Positions 31,239 through 45,268 of a DNA stretch of 64,000 nucleotides are shown piece by piece. This stretch comes from Monocercomonoides exilis PA203. Taxonomy: Eukaryota > Protista > Preaxostyla. The notes below the pieces were generated by a model. That model did not search any database and was not told the DNA's origin. It saw only the letters and a list, made by a program, of their open reading frames with translations. Positions within the stretch are counted from its first letter, which is position 1. Each line of letters starts with the position of its first letter. The stretch is taken from the NCBI GenBank assembly GCA_001643675.2, contig LSRY02000044.1:434001-498000 (forward strand), in the 5' to 3' direction. The position numbers and the translations under genes are program-made.

Positions 31239-32945
31239 GAAAAATGTACAAATTTGCTGATCTGACCCATAATATGAATAAAATATTATCAAAACAATTT
31301 TAATCAATTTTTCAGATATTACAAAGATATTTGTTGTTTCAAATTGCTTTGATTTGGAAATATATATTGAAAAGTCTTGTTCTCGTAGTTTCTTTTGATT
31401 GCATTTTTAGAATCAACTATTTTTTCTCTTCGAAATTTCTGATACAAAAAATTTTTTTTAAATCGATATTTCATTTATGTTTTTTTGTTCAAACAGTTTT
31501 GATAGAATTTATTTTTAAATTGGTTTTGTTTTTTAACAATTCAATCAAGAATGCTTTACGAGTTTTCACTTCATGAAAAAGAAGTTTGGCAAGGAGAATT
31601 CACATAAAGGAGTAGAAGTTGCACGTTCGAAAATGCATTTCATTTTTCCAATAAAACAATCATATGCACAGGGAACAATTTCAAGCTGTTGATTGTGATT
31701 GTCATATTTCACGCAAGAATGGAGTATTTATCAGCAAACATTTCAATAGCCATTATAAAAATTTGCGTATCAATTGACGGAGTGATTTTTATGAATATAT
31801 TTTCAAATTAATGTATTTTATGTGGCTGCTCTTTTTTCATCAAATTGATGTTTCTGAATTTCAATATCTCGAATCGAAACTTAAACAGTTTGTTTCAAAA
31901 TTTAGCTTGTCATTTGATAAAATAAGTTATGCTTTTGTTTTTATATTATTATTTACAGCACTCTTTCATATCAATACACTGAAATATCTTCATTCATCAG
32001 AAAAATGCCGCCTTAATTGGGAATTGTGTACTTTTGAAATCAGAGATTTACAGAGTATTTTTGATGAGTTTTGTAATTTCCTGCGAGTTATAAATACCAT
32101 TGTATACCTTTTTCCCCTTTGGATTGAGAAGCAATGAGGATTACTCGATGGCTTAAATTAAAGAAATGATTGACACTGGGAGATAAAGTGTGTGCTGAGG
32201 ACAAATGCTCGAGAAGCAGATTCTGATTTTCATATTGCCACCAGCTGAGCATGGTGTGAACGAGATAAAGAAAGAACGCGAAAGAAGAGGAAAGAAAGTC
32301 AGAACTTTATCCTTGTATGAAAGAAAAGAAGTTACCATATGAAAATCAACTGCATACAGTTGTATTGAACGATACAATTGTTATCGGAAGAAGTTGCATC
32401 TCTGAAAGTGAGGAAGACAAAGGCGAAGATGAGGTTGTTGTATTTATTTCGGGGAAAAAGAACAGATCAAATCGAAGCAAAGATCAACTTTAAAGGAAGA
32501 AATAGAAAAAAGAAGGGATTAACATTCAAGAGAAATTACAATTTGAGTGCTATTTGCATTTCTTCTTCCAATATAACCGATTTTTCAGTTGCACAAAGCT
32601 TCAGCTCAACGTCGGTTCATCTGTATAAGCTGACGCATTTTGAGGTGAAGGTTTTAGCATTTTGATAATTCCAATTCAATTTAACAAGTGACATTGAATT
32701 TGGTTTTCTGAAATTTTGATTGTGAATTAATGCATTATTCATTTTTAATGAACAAACAATTTTTTATTTATTTTGATTTTTTCTAACAATGAAAGTTAAT
32801 AACGCTTGAATGCACAGCTGTAAAGTTTGATTTTATTTATATTTTTATATTTTAAATTTTTATTTTTATTTTTTTATTTTTTATTGAAAAAAAGTACAAA
32901 TAAAATAAAAGAAAATAATTTCAAAGAAATTTATTTATTTCATAT

Positions 32946-34711
32946 TTATACAAAAGTTCTCCATTTGAAAAATGACACTTTGTCTCCATTCGGAGCTTCA
33001 AGAGGTTCTTGAATCATTACAAAAAGATTTAAAGTTATGCTAGTTCCTTTATTTCCTCCACGAACCTATGACAAGCACAAGCAGATTTATGCAAATGCGA
33101 AAATTCGTCCATCAATTTTCAAAATTCCACAGCATTTGATACAGTTTCATTGATTAATAATTCAAAAATTCATTCAAAATTTTAAAAAATTGATTCAAAA
33201 AATGAAGAAGAAAATGACATAATATTAAAAAATAAATTTACACACCGCTAATTGAAGTTCTGGTGGTATTTCGTTGAACCCTGTCAGCATCGCCTTTCCA
33301 TTCTTAAAAAAGCGAATTTCTTTTCTTATTGTGTTAATTTCCACTGCCACAGTATCTCCTGACTCAAACGGCTCATTGGCGCGATAATTTTGATTGTTGC
33401 AAACAACAGCTCCACTGAAAATTTGAGTGAATGACGTGAGAAAGAGAACACGAAATCATTAATCAGTTTCAAGAATTCAGTTTTTTTTAAAAAAAATTCT
33501 CAGATTTCATACACAATCAAATAAAAATAATCACAAAATAATTCAACCACAATGCATTCTCACACTCATATTCCAATGCTATTCAAAATAACCATATACA
33601 CAAATGCAGCTCTAACAGAATGTCATACTTTTGCTGATATCTCACCCCGTCAATATCGCTTCCTCCAACAGATAATGGTGTTATTTCACAAGGTGATTTC
33701 ACGACGCAAATACATAGCTTTGAGCAAGTTTCAGAAGTGAAGTGAAAAGAAAATTCACTAAAAATGCAAAGAAATATAAATATTTGTTCAACAACATTTA
33801 AGCAAAAAAATTTTTTGAAAATTGTTGAAAAATTTTCAAGTCAGATAACTCAATTAAAGTATCAAATTCAAACGCAACATATATTCCGCCAGTGATAATT
33901 TTATCTAAAGCAACAGTACGCATAGGTGGAAGAACCCATGTTAATGTTTTATTGCTTAGCTTATATTCCATACAATTGGGATCTGGTATGAATGCAACTA
34001 TATTAAATCGAAAATTTTCAAACAAAAAATTAAAACAATATTCTTTGAATTTATTCAAAGATATGAAACCTTCTTGAGGATAAGCCACATTTTTTCCATT
34101 TTGCACTTCGGAGCGAGGTCTTATTGATTGACTATCCGTAATGTTTGTACTTATTGACATTGTGTCACTTGGTTGTTTCACAGCAACAGGTTTTCTTGGA
34201 AATGAAGAAAGATCTGCATCAACATCAGAATTCATTTTTTCCAAAGGAACAGAAAAAGAAGACGATTGAGGCATAGAATCAAACGGCATTGCAGAGCCTA
34301 TTCTCTCACTAAAAGCAGATCTGGAAGAAGATGGAAAAGATTCATCATGAAGATCAGAAGTTAATGATATTGATGATGGTGGTCTTGGAGTTGCGGTTGG
34401 TAGAGACATATAGATATTTGGACGTTCAATATCTGTATGATTGAAATGATGTTATGACAACAAATAATAAATAAATACAGACCGAAATAAGAGAAAATAT
34501 TGTCCGTGATCTTTAACGCCTTAGCAAGTGATACACACAAAACAACTTGAAGATGAAACGCAAGTTTCCCTCTGTCTTCACTTGAAATATACTCCTGAAT
34601 AAAAAATGTTTCATCTTCAAGCAGCATTTCCACAATTTTGATTTGTCTTTCATTTAAAAATGTGATTCCATTTAATATTTTATTTGTTTTTTCTGGTGAA
34701 GCGAATGACAT
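32946..34711 (-). CDS. Six-exon protein with Ser/Pro-rich linker and C-terminal SPRY/B30.2-like beta-sandwich
   Basis: Five GT-AG introns give one continuous frame: MSFASPEK...SYFDIERP...RTVALDKIITGGIYVAEFSFHF...LCICVV...GAVVCNNQNYRANEPFESGDTVAVEINTIRKEIRFFKNGK...LQLAV...WRTFV*. The F-x-x-GD-x-V-x-V-E-x-N...FF-x-NG pattern is typical of SPRY domains. Confidence 0.7.
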
Positions 34712-35397
34712 CGGCAAAAAAAGGTAAATTCACGCAAAATAAGGATAGATATATAACATGAGACCATAACATATTTTTGACGTTCTCAAATCTAATCTTT
34801 TTTTTCTTATTGATAAAGCTTAACCATATCGGTTTTTGAATGATAACATTCACAATCGAAAATATTATTTATAGAATTGCTTTTAAAATATATTTTTAAT
34901 CCAGCATTAATTAATTCAACACAAAATGAAAATTCAAGAGAGGAATAATTCGTAAAGATTAATAGTTCGCATTGTTTCTATTAAGAAAGATATATCATTG
35001 AGTTTTATGAGACAAAAAAATGCATTTTATGCAATGAAAAGAAATGATATCGATGTCAAACAATTGATTGGAATCACAAATCTGACTAAATAATTATTTC
35101 ACAAAAAGAAAAATAAAATTCTCTATCCATAAACGAAAAATTTACCATTCCTTGTTGTTAAACGCATATTATATATTTTTTCTATTTTTTTATTTGTCTT
35201 TTGACATGTAAATATTCAATTTTTCAATTCATTCAAATAACATTTTTGAAATATCGTGAAGAAAAGTGATAGTTTTATGTTTCAAGCATTTCACAAGAAT
35301 TTTATATTAGATATTTTCATGTTTATTCTTAAAATAAACTGAAAATGAATGTTATGGTTATTTTTTCTTTTTATTTGGCATTGAACGAAAGGAGGAG

Positions 35398-38300
35398 ATG
35401 TTTTCTTTTTCAATTATTCCAGTTAGGGAAAGCACAACTAGAGTTAAAAATACGACCATATGTACAAGTCCATCTTTTTTAGCTGTTGGCGTATCAACTG
35501 GCTCAATTTATCTTTATAAATATGGACAGTATACCACGCCTTCCATTCTTTCAGTAATTGCCGAAGCTCCTTCTATAATGACAATTTCACCAAATGAGCA
35601 ATTAATTGCAATAGCGACAAAGACGACAGTTTATATTGCTGATATTTCGAAAAAATCCATTGTACAAACAATAACAAATCACAAATCAGAAATAACTGCT
35701 ATAGCATGGGGTTTCATAACTTATTAATTGTTGGTACTATTTTTAACATCATTATTGACTTATTATTATTTTGTATTTAGGTCAACGACCATTTCGAAGA
35801 GAAGTTCCTGTTCTTTTAAGTGGGGATTCAAGTGGCTTTGTATATTTAACAAATCCAACTTCACTTTTAAATGCAACTTCGTTGCTTTATCAATTTGAAT
35901 CAGGAGTTGTTTCACTTGACGCTTGGGACAGTACACATTTTGTTGCTTCCTCATTTAATCTCGCTGTTGTTATTGACACAAAGAAAAATGAAGCTCATCA
36001 AATGGGGAATCAACCTCGCAAGGGAGCTCAAGGAGCTGTATTCGAGAAATTTACTGAAGAATGGCTAAGTGAAGCCGATGTTCCTCTTGGAAAGATATTT
36101 GCTGCAAGACCGGGTACCAATCCATTACGTATGTGGGTTGCAGATTCAGAAACGGCAAGAGTTTTAGAGACACTTAAAATGACTCCGCCAATGCAGGTTT
36201 TATCTCCTTGCCATCCTCTATCTGCCCCTGCTCCATTTTCATCTCATTTTCACGCTTCATCACAAACTCCTTCCACTTCATCATCATCATCTTTAACTCT
36301 TTCTTCCTCAACACAGAAGCCTTCAAGCACACCTCAAGCATCATCAGCCACTCCCTCACAATCTTCACCAGCGCCATCAGCAGCACCAGAAAAGCCCCAA
36401 ATACCTCGTCCTCCGCTGTCACTTCTGCTGTACAGCCACACAGCACACACACTTGTCTCGTGGATTCCTGGCGATCCTGGCCATCTTCTGGTGATTGAGC
36501 TGCAGAGGAGAGGAAGAGAACCAGAAAAAGAAAAAGAGAAAGAGAAAGAATCAGCTCCTTCAGCTCCACAGTCACCTGTTCCATCAACCCAGCCATCTTC
36601 TTCGACACCTTCAGCCACTTCTTCCTCTCCACCCAGTTCTTCATACAATGCATCGCCAGCCCCATCAACTCCATCAACTGCTCCAGTCACAGCCAGCAGC
36701 AGTGCAAGTGTGAGTGGGAGTGGGCTTATCGGGCAGGTGCGTCTGTGGACGGTGCTGCCGTGTCTGTCGCGTGTGTGTGTGTCAGAGACAGAGGTGTTTG
36801 TGCTGCACGGGCAGAGCGGGGCAGTTGGGGTGCTGAAGGCGTCGTGGGTGGAGAGGGAGATGGAGGAGAGGAGGAGGCAGAAGGAGGAGGAGGAGAGGAG
36901 GAGGAGAGAGGCAGAGGAGAAGAGGAGGAGAGAAGAGGAGGAGAGAGTGAGGAGAGAAAGAGAGGAAGAGGAGAGAAGAAGAAGAGAAGAGGAGAAAAGA
37001 ATTGAAGAAGAGAGAATAAAAGCAGAAGAGGAGAGGAAGAGGAAAGAGGAAGAGGAAAGAAGGAGAAGAGAGGAAGAAGAGAAGAGACGAAGAGAAGAGG
37101 AAGAGAGAAGAAGGAAAGAAGAAGAAGAGAGGAAGAGAGAAGAAGAGGCGCGTCGGATTGAAGAGGAGAGAAAGCGAGCAGAAGAAGAGAAGAGAAGAGA
37201 AGAGGAAAGAAGAAGAATAGAAGAGGAAAGGAAGAAAGAGGCAGAGCGGAGGAAGAAAGAAGAGGAGAAGAGGAAAGAAGAGGAAAGAAGGAAGGAAGAA
37301 GAGAGAAGGAAAGAAGAAGAAAGAAGAAAAGAAGAAGAGAGGAAGAGAGAGGAAGAGAGGAAGAAGAGAGAAGAAGCATTGAGAGAGGAAAGAAGAAAGA
37401 AAGAAGAGGAAGAGAGAAAGAGAAAGGAAGAAGCGAGAAAGAGGGCAGAGGAAGAGAAGAGAAGAGAAGAAGAAGAAGAGCGGAAGCGATTGGAGCAGAT
37501 TGAGAGGGAAAGAGAAGAAGAGAAGAAGAGAGAAGAAGAGAAGCGAAAAGCAGAAGAGGAGAAGAGGAGAAGAGAGACGATTGTTATTAAAGTGGCAGAG
37601 CCTGTTCAGTCATTCGAGGAAGAGGAAGAAGACACAGCGCCTTCTAATCAGACATCATCATTGGCAAATCAAACTGCTTCTTCATTGTCGCTATCTGCAT
37701 CCACTTCATCCATTTCCACTTCATCCTCACCCACTTCATCTCCTTCTATTTCCTTTTCTCCTTCTCCTTCTCTTCCTTCTCTTCCTTCTCTTCCTTCCTC
37801 TTCCTCTTCTTCTCCATCCTCTTCACCTTCTTCTTCTTCTTCTTCTTCTTCCACAATCCCTTCCTTTACTCCTTCCTCTTCTCCTCCTGTCTCCATCCGT
37901 TTTATTCCTCGATCTGCTGCGTCTTCCTCCTCCTCGTCTGCATTCACAGGAATGGAAGGGGCAGAGAGCCAGCTGGAAGAACAGGCAGATTTGGACTCGA
38001 CTTTTCTGATCCCGCCGAGAAAGAAGCGGAGCAGCGAGACAAGAATTGTTGCTATTTCTCCACTGACATCATCATCATCATCACTATCATCAACCATCTC
38101 TTCTTCTCAAACAGACCCAACTCAGCTGATTAATCAGCCAGTGCCATTTGCACAGCCACTTGGGACGATGCCATTTCGCGTGTCTTATCTGCCTTCTCCT
38201 CCAGCCACTCCTTCTCCTTCGTATTCTCCTTCTTTCACTCCCTCTGCTTCACCACACGCACCCACCACACTTCAAAGCCAGCCATCTACCCCTCTTCTAT

Positions 38301-41300
38301 CATCATCCTCTTCCTCTTCCTCTTCCTCTTCCTCTTCCTCTTCCTCTTCTTCTATTTCAGCCTCTTCCATCGCAAAGAAGCTGAGCAGCGTGCTGTTTTC
38401 CACCGCTTCTTCACAGCCATCCACATTCAGCGTGAGCAATCTGCCTTCTTCGTCTGATGCTTCGTCTGTTGTTGTGCCGCAGCTGATGAGTCAGTCTTAT
38501 TCTTCTGGTGTGAATGACACACAGGAGACAAGTGGGCTGGCAGAGGACGAAGGAATGAAGGCATTTCACGAGATGCTTTTGGTGAGGCAGGCTGAGGCGA
38601 GGAAGAAGAAGGAGGAGAAGGAGAAAGAGAAGGAAGAGAACAAAGAAGAAGACAAAGAAACAGAAGGGAGTGAAGCAAATATTAATCAGAACAGTTCTAT
38701 TTCATCTTTATCTGATTTGAAGGCGAATGCAGCTGAAAAGAAGGCCAGTGCTTCAAACAGACAGCCATATGCCAATCTCTTCCAGGAAATTAAGAGTCTG
38801 TCTGCTGTTTACAACACACAAGTGCCTGAAATACCAGAAATGCCTTTGTCATTTGCTGTTGTGGAAGATGAAGAGAAGATGAGAGAGAAGGAGAAGGAGA
38901 AAGAGAAAGAGAAGGAAATTGATAAAAAAACAGAAGAGAAAGACAATAAAATAGGTGCTTTATCAACAAACTCAAGCACAACCTCTTTGAAAGAAGTGGA
39001 TTCAGTTACAATCTGTGTTGATAAGCCCAACCATTCTCAATCGTCATTTGGGTCTTCTTCTTCTTCCTCTTCCTCTTCATCCTCTTTCACTTCAAGTTCT
39101 TCATTCGCCCTTTTGAAAGGGCTGACTGACGAAGGTGTGATTGAAAAGCGAAGACTGAGAAAAGAACAGTTGAAGATTACAATTGAAGAGAAGTCTGCGA
39201 AAGAAGAAGAGGCAATTGTGATTGATTTGGATGCGCTGCTTGAAAAGAAGAGGAGGAAGAGGCAGATTCTGGGAGAAGATGAAGATGAAGAGAGAGAAGA
39301 GGAGAAAGAAGAAGGAGAGGAAGGAGAGGAAGAAGGAGACGAGAAAAAACACGAAGGAAGTAATAATAGCGATAATGAAGGTGATGATCGAATACAAAGA
39401 AGAAGAGAACGACAAAAGGCAAAAGAAGGAGAAAGAAGACAGAGAAATTGGAGAAAGAAAAGCGATGCCAAAAGAGAGAGCAGAAAGAACAAGAAGAAGG
39501 CAGAGATTGAATGGGAAGAGCAGCTGAGGAAGGAGTGGAAGAGGATGCTGTTGATTGAAAAGGAGGAGAGGCAGAAAAGGAGAGGAGAATTAACAGAAGA
39601 ACAAGAATTGCATTTGGAAGAAGATGAAGAAGAAGAGAAAGGAGAAGGAGGAAAGGAGGAAATTTTGATGGAATTTGGGTATTGCGATGGAGAAGACTTG
39701 AGAAAACAGCTTGGAGATGACAGAACAGAAAGGGAAGGAAGCAGAATGAATAAGAGAATGGAAGATGACATTTATGCGCTTTCGAGTGAAGAAGAATCAG
39801 ATGATAATGAAAATGAACTGGAATTTGAACTGTCGCTGCTGAGGGAGGAGGAAGAGGAAGAGGAGAAAGAGGAGAAGGAAAAGATAGAAAGAGAAAGAGA
39901 AAGAGAAAGAGAAAATGAGGGGTTGAAACGGGAACAAGAAGAAAATGGAGAGAAAACAGAGAACGCTGAGAAAGAAGGAGATGCAGAAGAAGAAGAAAGG
40001 AAGAAAGAGGAACTTGCAAAGAAGAAGATGGAAGAGGCAATGAGGAAGGAGAGGAGGAGAGAAGAAAGAGAAAGGAAGAAGGAAGAAATGAGGAAGCGGA
40101 AGGAGTTTAAGAGTATTGAGAAGAGATGGAAGGAAGAGAAGAGGAGGAGAAGGATGCAGCAAGTGGGGAGGGTTCAGCATTGGATGTTTGTGAGGAAGAT
40201 GGAGAAGATGGCAGAGGGACTGATCGAGGAAGTGGGGAAAGAGAAAGAGGAAGGAAAAATAAGAGAATTTAATGATGAATTAGACAAGTCATATGAAGAA
40301 GAAACACAAAAGGAAGACGAAAAAGAAAGCGAACTGAAAGAGGAAGAACTGAAGCCACAACCTCTTGTGCAGGATGAGGAGGCAGGCAATGCAGTTGAAG
40401 CAAGAGCAAAAGAAGGAGCTGCAACAATGTCAACAACGGAATCTGCAGCACATCAGGATGTATTGAAGCATTCTTCAATGGATTCTGATGATTTAAATGA
40501 AGGTGATAATGATATTAATAGCAATGGCATTTCAATTTATGTTCCAATGTTTTCCTCGAATCCATTTTCAATTTCATCATCATCAGCATCGACAACAGTT
40601 ACATCTCCTTCTTCTGAGCACCAAAACCAATTGGAAAATTCATTATCTTCTTCTTTTTCATTGCAGCCGATGCTTCTTCAGTCTCCTCATGGAATGCTCC
40701 AACAATTATTTGAGAGTTCTTCAGCCTCTTTAATTTCAAGTCAATTGGCTTCAGTGAACAAAAAGTCATCTCGATTTTTGGCTTCAGAGACTGAAGTATT
40801 TGAGTTCTGCTGCACTCTGTTTCCTTCCATTCGTGAACGATTCCTGGCACAAGTGAGCAGAATCATGAGTGCTGGAGAAGAAGAGGCGAAGCAAAAGGAA
40901 ATAACTGAAAGAATGAAACAACAGAAGATTGAAGGCGAAGGAGAATTTGACAGAAATGAGAATGAGAATGAGAAAGAGAAAGGGAACAGCGAAAATGAGA
41001 CAGGAAAAGGATCAAGCACGATATGTGGAGGAAATAGCGAAAAAGCAGTGAGGATAAGCAAGAGTGTACCAACGATGACAATGCAGTTTGTTGAAGAGAC
41101 CATTCGCAGACAGGAAATTGAGAGTGAAATGAAACAGATGAAGGAGTTTCATAGCAACAACATTACAAACAATAACCATTATGAAGCGATAAATGATAAT
41201 GCAATTGAGAGAAAAGGAGAGAAAGACAGAGCAGATGAAGCACAATTATATGAGAATGGAAGTGGTATTGTACCAGAGGTTGATTCAGCAATGACATTCC

Positions 41301-44300
41301 GCAGTGGAGTGAAGGTTTGGAGTGCTTTCGCAGGAGCATTTAGTTCGAAGGCATCAACTTTTTCTCTCAACGGATCAAACAACTCAACAGTCTTTGCAAT
41401 TTCTGGTAACATTTTTGGGCCGAAGAACATGAACGAAAAATCAGCAAGCTATTCAGGCTATTCAAATGTGCAATCCAGCTGTTCTTCACACAAAACGCAA
41501 GGAGAAGCAGACGATGATTGCTCATCTCCTCTTCACAACACACGACTTCTCCGTGCAATGGCTACACATCTGGCAGCTTGGATGTGGGGCTATGAGCGTT
41601 CAGCTGCATATTGTTCTTCATTTTTAAGCAGCTTTATTTCTGAAAGAGAATTAACAGATGCATTGGAAAAGAGAATATTAGATCTGAAACATTTGGCGAG
41701 CGGAGATGTTGTTGGCACGTGGGATCATTGCCGAAAAGCGCAGCTAAATACTCTTTGCCTGGAGCTTCAGATTCCTCATCCACAAATGATCGCCTTTAGA
41801 GGAACTAACACCGCACAGAAGACAGAAGAGAAAGCAGGTGAGAGAGGATGCTGGCCAATGGCTAAGGCAGATTGGACAGATGCTGTCTCACTTTCGTTTC
41901 TGATGTGCACTTATCCTGTGATTGATGTTGACCAAGCGTTGCATGTGTGCTGCTTAAGATCGCACTGGATGAGTGTGGAGTTTCTTTTGTATGAAGAGAA
42001 AAGGAGGAAAGAGGAAGAGAAGAGGAAGAGAGCTGAAGGGAGCATTTGGGATGAAACCGAGACTGACACTGAGATTGATGGGAATGCTGTGCTGAATATG
42101 GAAGAGAAAGGGATGAAAATGCTGCGATTTGAGTGCATTCCTCGCTCAGAGCTTGGAACAAGCGGCAATTTGGATGCAACAAATCTGTGCGGAGCTGTAA
42201 CTGGCCAAGGGTTCCAAAGGAGTTTATTCAATGTTGCATGCAAAATAGCATTGAGCAAGTTATCATCGAATGAAAATCGACAAATCTCTAATTTTGCATC
42301 AGTTGCTTTCAATTTGAGCCAACACGATTTGAGTGATTCTTCTGCTGCGTCTTCTTCCTCCTTTTCTTTGAAAAATGTTGGCTTTATTTGCCCTGTTGCC
42401 CCACGTTACATTGCCACTTTAACAAAATATTCTTCAGGTAATGAAAATTGCACAAATTTACAAGCTAATGAGGAAACATTCAAAGAGATCACGTTTTGTC
42501 AAATGCTGAACATTCTTTCAAGCAAATTAAAGATGTTTTGCTCGGATAAGCAGAGCCAAATCAAAATGCTATCGAACTCGATTCAATCCACTTCAACTGC
42601 ATCACTTCACTCTCCACTCACTTCAATACAACCTCATTTCGATATATCATCATCTCTTTCTTCCACATCACTATATTCTCTTCTGTCTTCAGCTGCTCAT
42701 CTCTTCCCTGTGCTTTCTCCAATGCATGTTATCAACTCTCTTGGCGGATTCAGCTGCAAAGCCATTCGAATGCTGTGTGCTTCCACTCCTGGCAGATTAC
42801 CCAGATTCATTTGTGGAAGGCAGCGGCTGGCGGCACTCAGCTGCGGAGATGAGAAATGCAACTGCGAGGAGATTGCCAGCATTGTGGTTCTGTATCTGCA
42901 TCTGGCTTTGTCTTGCTCTTCAATGCAATGTTGCTCAGAAAATCATTCTCTCAGTTGTGGTGGCTCAGCATATTCGAGAGTGATGTGGCTGCTTTTGGTG
43001 TTTTTAGTTGCAACAAGCAATGTTTCTGGAAAAGCTGTATTTGCGGAATCGAGGAATATTCAATTTGAAGAACAGATTTCTGAAGCAAATGATAAGTGCA
43101 GAACATGCGAAGAGGATCATTCTTCGTCTTTCTTTAAAAATGACTTTGTCCTTAATCCAATTCGTGAATTTCTTCCATTTGGCAAGCCATTACCTTTGCA
43201 ACAACTTGCTTTGGATGAAGAATCAGATATAATCAAAAATTCAGAAGGAGAAGATGAAGTTGGAGTTCTGTGGAGGCATGCAAATTTCATTGATTGGATA
43301 CTTGAAAGAATTGTAACACGCTTTTCAGCACAGAGGGAGAAATACAGCGGAAGGATGTGGAAAGTTGACGTTGAAGGATTTTGTGATGGAGAATGCGAAG
43401 AGAAGAGGATGAAATTGGAAAAAGCAATTGAAGAAGCAGAAGAAGAGATAAGTGATCTTGGTGGAGAAGGAGCGTGGGAAGGAGAAAATAGCGAAGCAGG
43501 AGTAGTTTTATGTGGAGATTGGGGTAGCGATGAGTGGGAAAGTGACGAATGGGTGGTATGTGGGGTAGTTCATCTTCTTTCTGCAATTGGGTATTGGAAA
43601 GGCGTTGTGATGGTATGCACAGCGACTGAACAGTTATGTGCAGCGATGATCGTTTCAATGCTGATGCAGGATTTTGATTGCTTGGAAATGATCGCGACAA
43701 GAGCTGATTGCACTCCATTGATAAGTGATTGGATTCTGCTGTTTCGGTTTGCATTTGGAGTGAAGGCAGAGAGTAGATGGAATTGCGTATTTAAGGAAAG
43801 AAGATTGAGAAGCGAGAAGGAGAAGCAGTTGAGGAGTGGGATTGTACAAAGTGCAAAAGCAAGTTCCACATTCACTGATGCTGAAAGGGAAAGCAGTACG
43901 AAAATCTCAGAGCAAGAAAAATCCAAAGAGTTGAAATATTCAATAGATCCTCATTCGAATTCGGAAGACTGCTCAATCTCTGCGAAAGGGCAGGATCAAA
44001 TACGCAGAATTTGTACTCATGGAGGAATGATTTTACCTGGTATAACTGATTTTCATGAGCACGGATCTCGACTCATCTGGATTGCAGAGAAAACACTTGG
44101 AATGGAAAGTACTCTTTGGTGTCTGCTTTGGAGCGGATGCAACGTGTCTGGTGCAGATTTGCGGAGTGTTATTATGGCAATGTGGAGCAGTGGAAGACGA
44201 TCAGCTCAGCAAAGAAAGTGCTATTCAAGCGAATGCATGTACGATGATGATATGCTTAATGAGGAGAAAAATGAAGATGATGAGAGGAGCATAGGAGGAT

Positions 44301-45268
44301 GGAGCGGAAGAGGAGGAAGTTACTACGAAAATGGACTGAAAGGAAAAGAAAGCATGAAAGACAAAATGAAGTGGCAAATGCTTTGGAATGTGGACGGTTT
44401 AATGTGGAGCAGAAATAAAAAAAGGGGAAGGAGCATGGACGGGAGTTATGAGAGAGGAAGCATCGGAGAATTTTTATTAAGGGAATTGAGAGCTTCCGAG
44501 GAAATGCAGAGAAAGAGCTTAGCAAAGAGGGACAGTTATATGGGAAAGCAGAAAGTTCTGCACGGAACATGGATGAGCGAGATGGGAGATGAGCACGAGC
44601 ATGAAGATAAGGAGATTGAACGTGAACAGATTGGGCAGAACATTAAAGAGCAAGAGCAAAGCAAGCTTGATGATTATGAATTTGATAGAACATTTGAAGA
44701 GAAAAACGATCAAAAGAAAGAAAAAGAGAATGGAAGGAACAAAAGATTGAATGTTCCAGAAGATCCAGTTAAAGCTAAAGATAGAAAATTGAAGAACACT
44801 GAAACAAAAGAAAACAGTGATTTTGCTGATGAAAGTGGAATTTCTGTTGGCTGCATTAATTTAAACAAGTGGATGAAAATTGGATGCACTTCAAAACTTC
44901 CAAAATGGAACAGACTCACTTCCATTCAATCAAAAATTACATACGATGAAGACGTTACAAAAGAACTGAAAGATGTTATAGAAATCGAAAAAAATAGTGA
45001 AGAAGAAGAAGAAGATTTCAGACAAACACAAACATTAGAGTTAGATGTTCAAAAGAGTTTAGCAAATAAACCGACAAACGCAGATTACGAAAGTACTATT
45101 GGAAATGATAACAGAGAAAATAAAATAAGCGATTCTCAATTTGAGGAATGGAAAGATAACGAATTTGCGCTTTATGACGATTGCTCATTTTTCACTGGAG
45201 TGGAGGAAAGAGATAAACAGTGGGGCATGCTATATCCTTCTTCAATTAATTTTGCTTCCTCATTTTAG
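35398..45268 (+). CDS. HPS5/TECPR2-family WD40 beta-propeller protein (BLOC-2-subunit-like), ~3270 aa with very large low-complexity insertions
   Basis: Exon 1 35398-35710, intron 35711-35780 (GTTTCA...TAG), exon 2 to 45268. Motifs FLAVGVSTGSIYLY, HKSEITAIAW, SGDSSGFV, VVSLD, GNQPRKGAQGAVF and KIFAARPG..RMW follow the HPS5/TECPR2 N-terminal propeller (GNKERDGEYGACF, IYCARPGSRMW). A tiny upstream exon near 35345 is possible. Confidence 0.8.
36850..37578 (+). repeat. Near-pure purine tract encoding a ~240-aa ER/K single-alpha-helix-type segment
   Basis: EEEERRRR/EEEKRR/RRKEEE periodic charge blocks. The DNA is almost exclusively A/G on the plus strand. Confidence 0.85.

Noticed and set aside
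32130-32670. Short ORFs on both strands between cofilin and the SPRY-like gene
   Set aside because: No motif, and no convincing splice model joining them.
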